A DNA stretch of 64,000 nt, from the NCBI GenBank assembly GCA_023665755.1, contig JAMPDF010000001.1:479474-543473 (forward strand), read 5' to 3'. The notes beneath the pieces are model-generated. The model was not told the origin of the DNA. It ran no database searches and saw only the letters and a program-made list of their open reading frames with translations. This document shows, in pieces, positions 39,278 to 49,556 of the stretch. A program made the position numbers and the translations under genes. This DNA comes from Prevotella sp. Lineage in GTDB: Bacteria > Bacillota_I > Bacilli_A > ML615J-28 > CAG-313. Numbering within the stretch: the stretch's first letter is position 1; each line of letters starts with the position of its first letter.

Positions 39278-39485
39278 TATTTGCCCTCCGTCTTGATACA
39301 CTTTTTATCCTCTCATTTGATAACATTATATCATATTTTTTTCTGTTTTTCAAGTGCCTTTCTTTTCCACATACATAGTGGACTTTTATTTTCTATTATA
39401 TAATATACCTTTATCCTTGCATAACATTCTAAATCTTTATTTTTTCTTAAAACGATTCAAGAACAACTATATCCTATAAAAAACA

Positions 39486-39512
39486 AAAAGACTCGTCCAT
39501 TGGAGTCTTTTT
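39486..39512. terminator. Bidirectional terminator hairpin abutting the stop of the LysM/Tyr-rich gene
   Basis: AAAAAGACTC-gtccattg-GAGTCTTTTTATTTTTT. Confidence 0.6.
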
Positions 39513-39972
39513 ATTTTTTCTTTTTACGCGTAGATCGATAATATCCATTTGGATAATAAGGTGGATAATATCCGTTCATATAATAAGGAGGATAAGCGGG
39601 ATATATTACTTTCGGTTTTGCCTTTTTAGGCATCTCTTCTACTTCTTCTAGTGGTGAAGTCTTTTCTTCCTTTTTATCCATAGTTGCACTTTCTGTCTTC
39701 TGTGATACATTTACAAATGATTCCTGTTTGATTTTTGTTTGTAATGATTCTATATCAATTTTTGGATAATATTCTTCAATAAAAGGTTCAGTATTATCTA
39801 GTTCAGTTTGAACAATTTCGGGTATTTCTGGAAGCCTAATTTTTGTTCCGGGTATCAAATGTTCCCAATCTTGAATGTGATGATTGATTTTGATAATCTC
39901 ATCTATAGTCAAATTATAGATTAGGGCGATTCGCTCAATTTTTTCATTGACTCTCACAATATGTGTATTCAT
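39511..39972 (-). CDS. SafA-like protein: N-terminal LysM domain plus Tyr/Pro-rich C-terminus (putative spore coat assembly protein)
   Basis: LysM (HIVRVNEKIERIALIYNLTIDEIIKINH...GTKIRLP) and C-terminus VIYPAYPPYYMNGYYPPYYPNGYY; lies next to cotE. Confidence 0.55.
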   Translation of the reverse strand: MNTHIVRVNEKIERIALIYNLTIDEIIKINHHIQDWEHLIPGTKIRLPEIPEIVQTELDNTEPFIEEYYPKIDIESLQTKIKQESFVNVSQKTESATMDKKEEKTSPLEEVEEMPKKAKPKVIYPAYPPYYMNGYYPPYYPNGYYRSTRKKKK

Positions 39973-40015
39973 AATTCCTCCTATTTATAGAAAAATCGTT
40001 GGATTCCAACGATTT

Positions 40016-40528
40016 TTAATTTTCTCTAATGAAATCTTCATTGATTTCATTTTCCAAGTTATCGATGGTATCAAAGTTATCATTGCAACTATAAACGTTG
40101 ACCATCATCTTGGTTTCACCAATGATTTCAGCTAATGCGTCAAAGACAACTTCTACTTCAATAACATTATCCTTTATGCAAGCGTTCGTACAGGTTGGTT
40201 GTTGCAATATTCTAACAATTACGTCAGTGTGATCAGTAGTTGCATCACATACAATGTCCCTTACTTTGATACAGCCTTGATAAGCTGTCTTAGCACGGGC
40301 GATTTCCGTTTTGGTATTATTATCATATGCATACCAAATATTGATTTCAAAGTTCCCTGCAATGTCGACTTGCTTTCCATTTTGGGTAGCCTCAAATTCA
40401 TGGTTGATGACCCAGCATCCAAGAACACTATATGGTGGGTTATCTAATGCAATTCCTTCGCAAATTTTGAACGTCTTTCTACCCTTAGCAAGAACCGCTC
40501 TCGTTACGATTTCACGAACTTCACTCAT
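40016..40528 (-). CDS. cotE: Spore coat morphogenetic protein CotE
   Basis: MSEVREIVTRAVLAKGRKTFKICEG...VLGCWVINHEFEATQNGKQVDIAGNFEINIWYAYDNNTKTEIA aligns nearly residue-for-residue with B. subtilis CotE ([21 protein letters not shown]...[43 protein letters not shown]). Confidence 0.85.
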   Translation of the reverse strand: MSEVREIVTRAVLAKGRKTFKICEGIALDNPPYSVLGCWVINHEFEATQNGKQVDIAGNFEINIWYAYDNNTKTEIARAKTAYQGCIKVRDIVCDATTDHTDVIVRILQQPTCTNACIKDNVIEVEVVFDALAEIIGETKMMVNVYSCNDNFDTIDNLENEINEDFIREN

Positions 40529-40705
40529 CTATATCCCTCCTCAGTGTAATATATTCAAAAGAATGCCAACATGTGACACAAAGATATCAAAACCACCAAG
40601 GAAAAGGTGCAACATCTTTCTATTTATTTTATGCGTAAACTGGTAAAAAATGAACAAAAAGCAAGATTGTTTTTCAAATCTTGCTTTTTGGAATCGTTTA
40701 TTTGA

Positions 40706-42412
40706 TTATTCTTCTACTTTTTCCCACTTTGCATAAACCTTAATATCTGAAAAGATGTGACTAGGAATGCGAATAAGTGCATCACCAGAGTAATTTGGAT
40801 TGTCATACCATCCTATAAAACGATAGCCCGCCATTGTAAGAGTGACAGGTAAATCTAATCCCTTTTCCCAATCATATTGATAAGGCAACTCTGGATTTTC
40901 CTCTCCTAATACATAAGGAATACGATCATACATTGCGGGGATATTTCCTTTTTTGATAAAATATGATGGTAAAGTGTCTTTTTCATAGTAGAAAAATTTT
41001 GCTGTATCGACCAATGAAGCCCAAGCACTTGCTAAAAAATCGCTCCCTGTATGATTAGGATCATCAGGCCCACCTGTATACCCTTCATCTTTTCGCCAGT
41101 GATAGAAAAATTCCTGCAAGAAATAGATGAATTCAACATACTTATTTTTTTCTAAACAATAGCCTATAAATCCTTGATCTGCTGTTTGATCTTCTAATTT
41201 CCCGCCTACATCTATCCCCAAATAAAATGATCCTGCGAGATTTCCAATTGCACCCATACCAGCACCACCACCACTCCATGCTCCTGCAATGCTTAAGAAA
41301 TCCTCTAATGAGCGCACATTATTTCTTTCAAGTTGTCCTGAAGCATGTCGATAATTGACAATATAATCATAAAAGTCACTAAAAAAGGAAATGAACAATT
41401 GCTGTTTACTAGTAAAAATATTTTCACCAATGACATACTCAATCCTATAAAATACCTTTTCAAATACAGCATATAATTCTAAGTCTTCCTCATAACTGAC
41501 TGGGACTTTAGAAAAAATATTACCACTTCCATCTGCATATTCTGACCAACCTAAAAATTGATAGCCTTGTTTGCTCAAAGTAGGAAGTAAAGTTTCCTCA
41601 CCTGGAATATAATAAGTTGGATAATCAACTGATAAGATTCCTTCATTAAAGTGATATGTAATTTGACATATCTCCATCCATTTGGCATATAAAATGATAC
41701 TGCTTTCTCTGCCTCTTTCAATTTTTTCAATCGGCATTCCCTCAAAATCATAGTTATCATACCAGCCTAAAAATATACTATTTTCCTTTTGAGGTACTTC
41801 TAAGGTCAATTCATCCTCTTTTGTAAATTCAATGGTAGATTCACTTACCATTCCTCCTTCTGGTCGAAGCGTAACAATATAGGTTTTTTCCCACTTGGCA
41901 TATAGCGTAATATCTTCCATATTTCCTTTATCGATGGTTTCCACTGCACTTTGCAAATCGTTAATATCAAAATACCATCCTTTAAAAATTGCCCTTTGTT
42001 TTTGAGGTATGGGTAATATTACTTTTTCTAGTGAACTATACTCATTAGGTACTTCTTCAGAAAAAGTTCCTCCATCTAATTGATATCTAATTTGATATAA
42101 CTTTTCCCATTTGGCATACAAGTCTAAATCCTTTTGCCATGATGAATCAATCGATTGTATTGCACTACCTGTATAATCAGAATTGCTATACCATCCTAAA
42201 AATCGATAACCTTCCATACTTGGCTCAGGTAACTGAACTATTTCATCTTTCGTATATGTACTTGGTAAATCCAGAGTCAAAGTTACATTAGAATGATAAT
42301 GAATTTGATATTTGGTTGTTTTGTCTTTATTTTTGGAACTACAACCTGTCAAACATCCTACACACACAATAGTAACAATTAGACGAACAACTATTTTTCT
42401 CCAATTCTGCAT
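40706..42412 (-). CDS. Lipoprotein made of five Listeria-Bacteroides repeats (PF09479-like) around a central domain
   Basis: Lipobox CLTGC; repeats ending ...GYRFLGWY...LYAKWEK occur five times (e.g. 41.9-42.3 kb and 40.7-40.8 kb). Confidence 0.6.
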   Translation of the reverse strand: MQNWRKIVVRLIVTIVCVGCLTGCSSKNKDKTTKYQIHYHSNVTLTLDLPSTYTKDEIVQLPEPSMEGYRFLGWYSNSDYTGSAIQSIDSSWQKDLDLYAKWEKLYQIRYQLDGGTFSEEVPNEYSSLEKVILPIPQKQRAIFKGWYFDINDLQSAVETIDKGNMEDITLYAKWEKTYIVTLRPEGGMVSESTIEFTKEDELTLEVPQKENSIFLGWYDNYDFEGMPIEKIERGRESSIILYAKWMEICQITYHFNEGILSVDYPTYYIPGEETLLPTLSKQGYQFLGWSEYADGSGNIFSKVPVSYEEDLELYAVFEKVFYRIEYVIGENIFTSKQQLFISFFSDFYDYIVNYRHASGQLERNNVRSLEDFLSIAGAWSGGGAGMGAIGNLAGSFYLGIDVGGKLEDQTADQGFIGYCLEKNKYVEFIYFLQEFFYHWRKDEGYTGGPDDPNHTGSDFLASAWASLVDTAKFFYYEKDTLPSYFIKKGNIPAMYDRIPYVLGEENPELPYQYDWEKGLDLPVTLTMAGYRFIGWYDNPNYSGDALIRIPSHIFSDIKVYAKWEKVEE

Positions 42413-42492
42413 TCAATATATCTCCTTTATAATATAAAAATTCCCAATTACATTATATCATAATTAGGAATTTTTCATTTTTTCTCACTTTT

Positions 42493-43947
42493 TTATTTTT
42501 CTACAAATTCTCCTAGCAAATGCCATGAGAATGCCTTTTTAATTTTTACTATCACCAATTCACCAACTGGAATGGATATTGTTGGCGGATAAGAGAAATT
42601 GACTAACATATTTTGTGGTGTATATCCAGTTAACATATCGGGATTATTTTTACTAGGTCCTTCTACTAATACCTCCACTTCTTGATCAACAAATTGCTCG
42701 TGTGCTTTTAATGCATACGTATTGATAACCTGATTGAGTGCATCTAATCGATGATGTTTTTCGATTTCTGTTAATGCATTAGGATATGTCGCCGCAGGCG
42801 TACCTTCCCTTGGAGAATAAATAAATGTAAATGCGCCACTATACTCAACTTCCTTGACCAATTCTAGTGTATCTTGAAATTGTTCTTCTGTTTCCCCTGG
42901 AAAAGCAACGATAATATCTGTTGTTAAGCTGATATGAGGAACAGCCTGTTTTAACTTTTTAATCTTTTCTAGATAATCTTCTTTGGTATATTTTCGATTC
43001 ATTCTTTTTAATACTTCATTATTGCCTGATTGAACAGGTAAATGAAGGTGAGGCATAATGTTACCACCTAATGCCATAGCTGAAATAGTAGCATCATCTA
43101 AATCTCGTGGATGGGATGTAGTGTACCGAATACGTTTGATGGAAGTTTGATGTAAATCCCTTAAAAGATCTGCAAAAGTATATTTTCGATCCTTAAAATC
43201 ATTCCCGTAAGCATTGACATTTTGTCCAAGTAGAGTTACTTCTACATATCCTGACTGGGCAAGTTGTTCTACTTCTCTAACAATGGACTCAGGTTCTCTT
43301 GAACGTTCTTTCCCTCTTGTGTATGGCACAATACAGTATGTGCAAAACTCATCACAGCCATACATAATATTTACCCATGCCTTTTTGGGATGATCTCTTA
43401 CTGTAGGTACATTTTCATAAATATCGCCTTCTACTGATAAAACTTCTATGACTTTCTTATCTTCAGTCATTGCATCATATAAATATTCTGGCAAATTAAC
43501 AATATTATGCGTACCAAAGACAATATTCACTTGTGGATAGCGCTTTTTGATCATCAGAATTGTCTTCTCTTCTTGGGGCATACAACCACATACCCCTATC
43601 ATCATGCTTGGATTTCTTTTTTTAAATTTTTGAAAGCGTCCAAGTTCTCCAAATACTCTTTCTTCAGCATTTTCACGGATAGCACAAGTATTAAATAGAA
43701 CAAAATCAGCAGTAGTTTCATCAACTGCTTTTTCAAAACCAAGCATTTCCAAAATTCCCGCAATTTTTTCACTATCTGCAAGATTACCTTGACATCCATA
43801 AGTTTTCAACATATAAGTTTTCCCCGCTCCGAGGTTATAATATTTGGGGTCAAGATCAAATACATTCAAACGAATTTCTTGATTTCTTCTTTTTCTGGCT
43901 TCTTTTAAAGATGGTTCAATTATTTTTGTATAATTTGTTTCTTTCAT
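42493..43947 (-). CDS. miaB: tRNA-i6A37 methylthiotransferase MiaB (radical SAM)
   Basis: MTTase N-domain (KTYGCQGN), radical SAM CxxxCxxC (CDEFCTYC), TRAM C-terminus; syntenic with B. subtilis ymcB-…-cotE. Confidence 0.88.
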   Translation of the reverse strand: MKETNYTKIIEPSLKEARKRRNQEIRLNVFDLDPKYYNLGAGKTYMLKTYGCQGNLADSEKIAGILEMLGFEKAVDETTADFVLFNTCAIRENAEERVFGELGRFQKFKKRNPSMMIGVCGCMPQEEKTILMIKKRYPQVNIVFGTHNIVNLPEYLYDAMTEDKKVIEVLSVEGDIYENVPTVRDHPKKAWVNIMYGCDEFCTYCIVPYTRGKERSREPESIVREVEQLAQSGYVEVTLLGQNVNAYGNDFKDRKYTFADLLRDLHQTSIKRIRYTTSHPRDLDDATISAMALGGNIMPHLHLPVQSGNNEVLKRMNRKYTKEDYLEKIKKLKQAVPHISLTTDIIVAFPGETEEQFQDTLELVKEVEYSGAFTFIYSPREGTPAATYPNALTEIEKHHRLDALNQVINTYALKAHEQFVDQEVEVLVEGPSKNNPDMLTGYTPQNMLVNFSYPPTISIPVGELVIVKIKKAFSWHLLGEFVEK

Positions 43948-43966
43948 AATCCCTATTCTTTCTTAC

Positions 43967-44515
43967 TTATTTTGATTTATAAATTTCACAATATTCCTTA
44001 TCTGTCATACCAAACATCATTTTATCAAAGACTTTTCCATCATATCGCACATATCCACTTCTAGCAATTCCCTCTTTGATAAATCCTAACTTTTCACATA
44101 CGCGTTGGGATTGATAATTATCGATAAAGGTACCCACCTCTATTCGCTTTAATTCCAAATATTCAAATCCAAATGCAATCACTTCTTTTGCTGCTTCTGT
44201 GGCATAACCATATCCCCAATAAGATGGGTTAAGAGAATATCCCAATTCTGCCTTAAAATGAACAATATGATTATACAATTCAATTGTGCCAATCATCTTT
44301 CCTGTTTCTTTTAATACAATAGCCCAAACTCCTAATCCGTAGGGTGCAGTCATTGTTTTAATCACTGAAATTGTATCTGCAATCGAACTATGTGGTGGCC
44401 AACCTGCCATAGGTCCAACCATTGATGTTTTTGCATATTCGTACATATCGTCTGCGTCAAGTACCGATAAAGGCCGAACGATAAGTCTTTCTGTACAAAG
44501 AACTGGTAATTTCAT
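43967..44515 (-). CDS. GNAT acetyltransferase (RimJ/RimL-like)
   Basis: 182 aa, WGYGYATEAAKEVIAFGFEYLELKRIE motif. Confidence 0.65.
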   Translation of the reverse strand: MKLPVLCTERLIVRPLSVLDADDMYEYAKTSMVGPMAGWPPHSSIADTISVIKTMTAPYGLGVWAIVLKETGKMIGTIELYNHIVHFKAELGYSLNPSYWGYGYATEAAKEVIAFGFEYLELKRIEVGTFIDNYQSQRVCEKLGFIKEGIARSGYVRYDGKVFDKMMFGMTDKEYCEIYKSK

Positions 44516-44554
44516 ATACCCTCCTTAAGTAAGTAAAAAGTTGGCATAGCCAAC

Positions 44555-44818
44555 TTATTTACGAGATTCTACAATTAATTTAATTGCGGTACGTTCTTCA
44601 CCATCAATCATAATGTCACTAAAAGCAGGTATACAGATTAAATCTTTTCCTGTTGGTGCTACATATCCTCTTGCAATTGCAATTGCTTTAATCGCTTGAT
44701 TGAGTGATCCAGCACCTACGGCCTGAATTTCTACCGATTGCTTTTCTCTAAAGGCATTGGCTAGTGCCCCTGCAACAGAATTTGGTTTTGATTTTGATGA
44801 AACTTTTAATACTTCCAT
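44555..44818 (-). CDS. spoVS: Stage V sporulation protein S
   Basis: MEVLKVSSKSKPNSVAGALANAFREKQSVEIQAVGAGSLNQAIKAIAIARGYVAPTG... is a near-canonical SpoVS. Start at the Met with a GGGGG RBS; the ORF track's N-extension was rejected. rny-ymdB-spoVS synteny. Confidence 0.88.
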   Translation of the reverse strand: MEVLKVSSKSKPNSVAGALANAFREKQSVEIQAVGAGSLNQAIKAIAIARGYVAPTGKDLICIPAFSDIMIDGEERTAIKLIVESRK

Positions 44819-44896
44819 AATATGGTCCCCCTTAGTCATTTTTACTGTATTGCATTTAATCCTATTCATCAAGTATGAATTATATGCCTACATTTA

Positions 44897-45673
44897 TTAT
44901 TTTATCACATTGACTATCTCGAAATTTGTCACTTTCTGGGAACTTTCATTGATTTCCACAATGAGCCCATTGAATTGTTTTCTGCCTGTCTCCATAGGAA
45001 TATGGCGCACAGGCATTCCCGTCAAAAATCGTTTGATAATGGGGGCTGGATCTACTCCAATGATGCCATCTAGTGATCCAGTCATTCCTAAATCGGTCAT
45101 ATACATCGTACCTTTTGGTAAAAGATGTGCATCATTTGTTTGTACATGTGTATGTGTGCCTACAATAACTTGTATACGGCCATCAAAGTAATTGGCAAAA
45201 GCGATTTTTTCACTAGTTGCTTCACCATGAAAATCACAAATATAAATATCACTTGGTACTTCTTTTAATAATTCTTCTGTTCTTTGAAAAGGGCAATCCA
45301 AAGCTGTGTTCATAAATGTCCGTCCCATTACTTGAAAAACAGTAATCAATAACTGATTATATCGGACTGTTACATATCCTTTACCTGGAACACCCTTGGG
45401 CATATTCAATGGTCGGACTAAACTCTTTGCTTCATCAATGAAACGATAGATATCATGATTAGCAAAACTATGATTACCTAGTGTTACTACATTAATATGA
45501 TTTTCTAATAAAAATTTATAATAGTTTTGAGTAATTCCATTACCATGAGCAATATTTTCACCATTGGCAATAATAAATTGAATACCTTTTGTTTCTTTAA
45601 TTGAATTGACTTGTGAGAGAATCATCTCTCGACCAGGGGCTCCAAAGATATCCCCAATGAATAATAATTTCAT
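44897..45673 (-). CDS. ymdB: YmdB-family metallophosphoesterase (2',3'-cAMP phosphodiesterase)
   Basis: MKLLFIGDIFGAPGRE...IANGENIAHGNGIT... TIGR00282-like; directly downstream of rny. Confidence 0.85.
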   Translation of the reverse strand: MKLLFIGDIFGAPGREMILSQVNSIKETKGIQFIIANGENIAHGNGITQNYYKFLLENHINVVTLGNHSFANHDIYRFIDEAKSLVRPLNMPKGVPGKGYVTVRYNQLLITVFQVMGRTFMNTALDCPFQRTEELLKEVPSDIYICDFHGEATSEKIAFANYFDGRIQVIVGTHTHVQTNDAHLLPKGTMYMTDLGMTGSLDGIIGVDPAPIIKRFLTGMPVRHIPMETGRKQFNGLIVEINESSQKVTNFEIVNVIK

Positions 45674-45687
45674 GTATGATTCACTTT

Positions 45688-47262
45688 CTAACGAGCTACT
45701 TCTTGCACTCGGGTTTCTCTAATCACAGTTACTTTAATCGTACCTGGATAGTTCATTGTGGTTTCAATCTTCTGTTTAATATCACGTGCTAATTTATATG
45801 CTTCTGCATCTGTAATTTCTTCTGGTTTAACCAAAATACGAACCTCACGACCTGCTTGTAATGCATAGGTTTTATCTACACCCTTAAATTCTTTTGATAA
45901 TTCTTCTAATTGTTGTAAACGTTTGATATAATTATCTAATGATTCGCTTCGTGCTCCAGGGCGTGCTGCAGAAAGTGTATCTGCTGCCGCAACAAGTTCA
46001 GAAATAACATGATTTGCTTCAACATCACCATGGTGTGATGCAATAGCATTGATTACAACTTTATTCTCTCTAAATTTGGTCGCAATTTCAACACCAATAT
46101 CCACATGGCTACCTTCTTGTTCATGGTCGGTTGATTTTCCAATATCATGTAAAAGTCCTGCACGTCTTGCTAAAATTTCATCTTCACCAATTTCAACAGC
46201 TAATTTTCCAGCAAGAAAAGCTACTTCTTTTGAATGCGATAATGCATTTTGTCCATAACTAGTTCTAAACCGCAAACGACCAATCAATTTAATCAATTCA
46301 GGATGAATTTTGCCGATTCCTGTTTCAAATACAGCCTTTTCACCTTCTTCGCGAATTTCATTCTCTAATTCTTTAGTACATTTGTTGTACACTTCTTCAA
46401 TTCTAGGTGGTTGGATACGTCCATCAGAAACTAAAATTTCTAAAGTACGTCTGGCAATTTCTCTTCGGATTGGATCAAAGCAAGATATAACAACTGAATC
46501 TGGGGTATCATCGATAATTAAATCAACACCTGTAACTGCTTCAATTGCACGAATATTTCGCCCTTCACGTCCAATGATTCGTCCTTTCATCTCATCATTT
46601 GGTAAGGCAACAACGGATACAGTTTTTTCTTGAACTGTCTCATTTGCATATTGATGAATAGCATTTGCTAAAATAACTTGTGATTTATGATTGGCTTCAT
46701 ATTTTGCCTTTTCTGTGACATCTTTAACATAAATTGCCATTTCCATTGATAATTCATCTTCTAAGCGTTTAAATACAATCTCACGTGCTTGTTCTTGATT
46801 TAAGCCTGCAATTTCCATTAACTTTTGTTCTTGTTCAGTAATCAATTCCTCTATCCTGTTATTACGTTTTTCAATTTCTGCGACTCTTTGCTCTAGTTTT
46901 GTTTCTTTTGCAATGAGACCACTTTCACGTTTGTCAAGATTATCAGATCTATTTTCTAAATTGGTTTCTCTACGATCTAGTTTTCTTGCTTCTTCTTGAA
47001 GTTCAGATTTCTTATTTGCAATTTCCTTTTCCGAAATTGCTCTTGCTTCAGAAATTTCCTTCTTTCCTTCACGAATAAGTTCTTTCTTTTGAGCTTGACC
47101 TTCTTTTTCAGCATCTTCAATAATCTTTGCCGCATCTTTCCCTAAGCGTTCAAATTTTGTTTCAATCACTTGTTTTCCACGATTGAACATAAAATAACCG
47201 CCAACTAAGACGCCAACTAAAAGCGCAACAACAATAAGAAGAATCCAAATTCCATCTGGCAT
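45688..47262 (-). CDS. rny: Ribonuclease Y
   Basis: N-terminal TM helix, coiled coil, KH domain ([13 protein letters not shown]), HD domain (LLHDIGK); 524 aa. Confidence 0.92.
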   Translation of the reverse strand: MPDGIWILLIVVALLVGVLVGGYFMFNRGKQVIETKFERLGKDAAKIIEDAEKEGQAQKKELIREGKKEISEARAISEKEIANKKSELQEEARKLDRRETNLENRSDNLDKRESGLIAKETKLEQRVAEIEKRNNRIEELITEQEQKLMEIAGLNQEQAREIVFKRLEDELSMEMAIYVKDVTEKAKYEANHKSQVILANAIHQYANETVQEKTVSVVALPNDEMKGRIIGREGRNIRAIEAVTGVDLIIDDTPDSVVISCFDPIRREIARRTLEILVSDGRIQPPRIEEVYNKCTKELENEIREEGEKAVFETGIGKIHPELIKLIGRLRFRTSYGQNALSHSKEVAFLAGKLAVEIGEDEILARRAGLLHDIGKSTDHEQEGSHVDIGVEIATKFRENKVVINAIASHHGDVEANHVISELVAAADTLSAARPGARSESLDNYIKRLQQLEELSKEFKGVDKTYALQAGREVRILVKPEEITDAEAYKLARDIKQKIETTMNYPGTIKVTVIRETRVQEVAR

Positions 47263-47416
47263 TTTCGTTTTTCTCCTTTTTTCTTGTTATTTTTAACGAT
47301 TTGTAATGTAAATTATATATAAACGTGCTTGGCACAATAATTTCTTACTTGTTTATTATATCAAAAATTGACCAATTTGTCAAATGATATAAAGACAAAC
47401 ATTACGATAAAAAAGA

Positions 47417-47436
47417 AAAGAGTAAAAACTCTTTTC
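47417..47436 (-). terminator. Terminator after the small membrane ORF
   Basis: Minus strand GAGTTTTTACTC followed by TTTTCTTTTTT. Confidence 0.5.
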
Positions 47437-47446
47437 ATCATTATTA

Positions 47447-47665
47447 TTATTGATTTTCTGTGTAGTCTTCATCCTTTGTGCAAAGTAAGAAAATACCACC
47501 TAAAAGATTACAGAAAAGAAGAGTAACAATTCCAATTCCTGTAAGTTCATCTCTAGACGTAGCCTTTTTCATCTTATTTAAAGCTATCGCGCCAACAATA
47601 ACTGGTACAATTAAATAAAATGTAAAAACCATACCAATAATAATAAATACTACATAAAATGTCAA
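47447..47665 (-). CDS. Small two-TM membrane protein (hypothetical)
   Basis: 72 aa, two hydrophobic segments, own terminator; no clear SD, so uncertain. Confidence 0.35.
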   Translation of the reverse strand: MTFYVVFIIIGMVFTFYLIVPVIVGAIALNKMKKATSRDELTGIGIVTLLFCNLLGGIFLLCTKDEDYTENQ

Positions 47666-47822
47666 AAATTTACTATATTTTTAATATACACATCCTATTT
47701 TTCATTCAAAATAATCATTTAAAATCAATGATTCATATTTTCATTTATATAATATTAAAAATATGCTATTAATTTTATTTGATATTTTTTTGAATTATTG
47801 ATATAATGGTGATGGTGATATT

Positions 47823-48449
47823 ATGGGAACAGAAATAAACTATCCAAATCAAATCAAAAAAACAATTGCAACAACTACACCAAACTCTCCAAAGAGAAAC
47901 TATCAAAAAGCAAATCTTGGAGCAAATTTTGAAAATCAAATCAATGACTCTTGTGCTTACTATTTACAAAAAGGAATTGCTTCTATTTATAAAAAGCCTA
48001 CACCAATCCAAATTGTAAAAGTAGATTATCCATCTAGAAATAAGGCAAGAATAGTGGAAGCTTATTATAAAACCCCATCTACTACAGACTATAACGGCAT
48101 TTATAAAGGTTATTATATTGACTTTGAAGCAAAATGTTGTCATAGTACTAGTTTTTCTTTTGGTCATATTTATGAGCATCAAATTTATCATCTAGATACA
48201 ATTGATCAAATGGGCGGAATTGCTTTTTTGATTATTGAATTTCCTCTAAAAAATGAGTTTTATATTTTGCCTTCTGCATTATTAAAAGAAAAATATCTAC
48301 TTTCTTTACAGGGGGGGAGAAAAAGCATTAGTTATGAGGAATTTAAAAAAGTAGGTTATTTGATAAAAAAAGGATTTCAACCCACTATTGATTTTTTACA
48401 AGTAGTGGATATTTTAATTGAAAAGAGGACAAGTAAAAAAGGTGATTAG
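47823..48449 (+). CDS. recU: Holliday junction resolvase RecU
   Basis: [50 protein letters not shown] matches B. subtilis RecU ([50 protein letters not shown]). Confidence 0.9.
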   Translation: [208 protein letters not shown]

Positions 48450-48470
48450 TCACAAACTAATCACCTTTTT

Positions 48471-48854
48471 TTATTGAACTTTCGCACCAAAAGGAAAAAT
48501 AGCTAATTTTCCAAACTTAAATGCTTGAATACCAAAAGGGATACCTATTATTGTAATACATAGTAAAATACCATTGAATATGTATGCCAAAAACATTTCC
48601 CACCCAAATAACACAAGCCATACTACATTCATTATTGGATGTTTGCCAAAATCTAGTTTCACTTCTTTTCCAAATGGAGAAAGTGTGATAGTCGCAAGCT
48701 TAAAACATTGTTTGCCAAAAGGGATGCCTATAATAGTAATACATAACAGAACTCCTATCAAAAGCCAACCTAAAGCCGTACCAATTCCACCTGTAATAAT
48801 CCAAATAATATTACCTAATATGGTTAAACAACCTGTTTGTTTTTGTTTAGACAT
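48471..48854 (-). CDS. YccF-like inner membrane protein (DUF307)
   Basis: Duplicated ...ITIIGIPFG(K/I)Q(C/A)FK... motifs typical of YccF. Confidence 0.7.
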   Translation of the reverse strand: MSKQKQTGCLTILGNIIWIITGGIGTALGWLLIGVLLCITIIGIPFGKQCFKLATITLSPFGKEVKLDFGKHPIMNVVWLVLFGWEMFLAYIFNGILLCITIIGIPFGIQAFKFGKLAIFPFGAKVQ

Positions 48855-48874
48855 CTATGATTTATTCCCTTTTC

Positions 48875-49501
48875 CTATTTTGTACCAAAAATTCTATCGC
48901 CACAATCTCCAAGGCCTGGCACAATATATCCTTTTTCATTTAATTTTTCATCTTTTGCAGCAAGGTAAATATCAACATCTGGATGATGTTTTTGCAAGTT
49001 TTGAATACCATCATCTACTCCAACTATGCCTAAATATACAATTTTCTTTGCGCCTTTTTCTTTCAAAATATCAATAGCTGCTACAGCACTTCCACCAGTA
49101 GCAAGCATTGGATCAACTAAAAATACTGTTGCATCAGGTAAAGTAGCTGGGAATTTTGCATAATACAATTGTGGTTCTAATGTTTCTTCATTTCTAAATA
49201 AACCAATATGTCCTACTTTTGCTGTCGGAATTAAACTTTGAATGCCTTCTACCATACCCAAACCTGCCCTTAAAATAGGCACAATAACGACATCACAATT
49301 CAACGAATATGTCTTAGCAAGAGCAACAGGTGTTTGAATTGATACTTCTTTTAAAGGCAAATCTCTTGTTGCCTCAAAAGCCATTAAATTCGCAATTTCA
49401 CTTACAGATTGTCTAAAATCTTTTGTGTTAGTGTTCTCATCACGAATAATTGTTAATTTGTGATGAATCAGTGGATGATTAAAAATTGTAATTTTTGACA
49501 T
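48875..49501 (-). CDS. upp: Uracil phosphoribosyltransferase
   Basis: [24 protein letters not shown]...; PRPP-binding [13 protein letters not shown]. Confidence 0.92.
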   Translation of the reverse strand: MSKITIFNHPLIHHKLTIIRDENTNTKDFRQSVSEIANLMAFEATRDLPLKEVSIQTPVALAKTYSLNCDVVIVPILRAGLGMVEGIQSLIPTAKVGHIGLFRNEETLEPQLYYAKFPATLPDATVFLVDPMLATGGSAVAAIDILKEKGAKKIVYLGIVGVDDGIQNLQKHHPDVDIYLAAKDEKLNEKGYIVPGLGDCGDRIFGTK

Positions 49502-49532
49502 GTTTTTTACCTCTTTCTTTGTTTTTTAAAGA

Positions 49533-49556
49533 AAACTATGGTTAATACCATAGTTT
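49533..49556 (-). terminator. Terminator overlapping the recA stop
   Basis: AACTATGGT-taat-ACCATAGTT. Confidence 0.45.
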
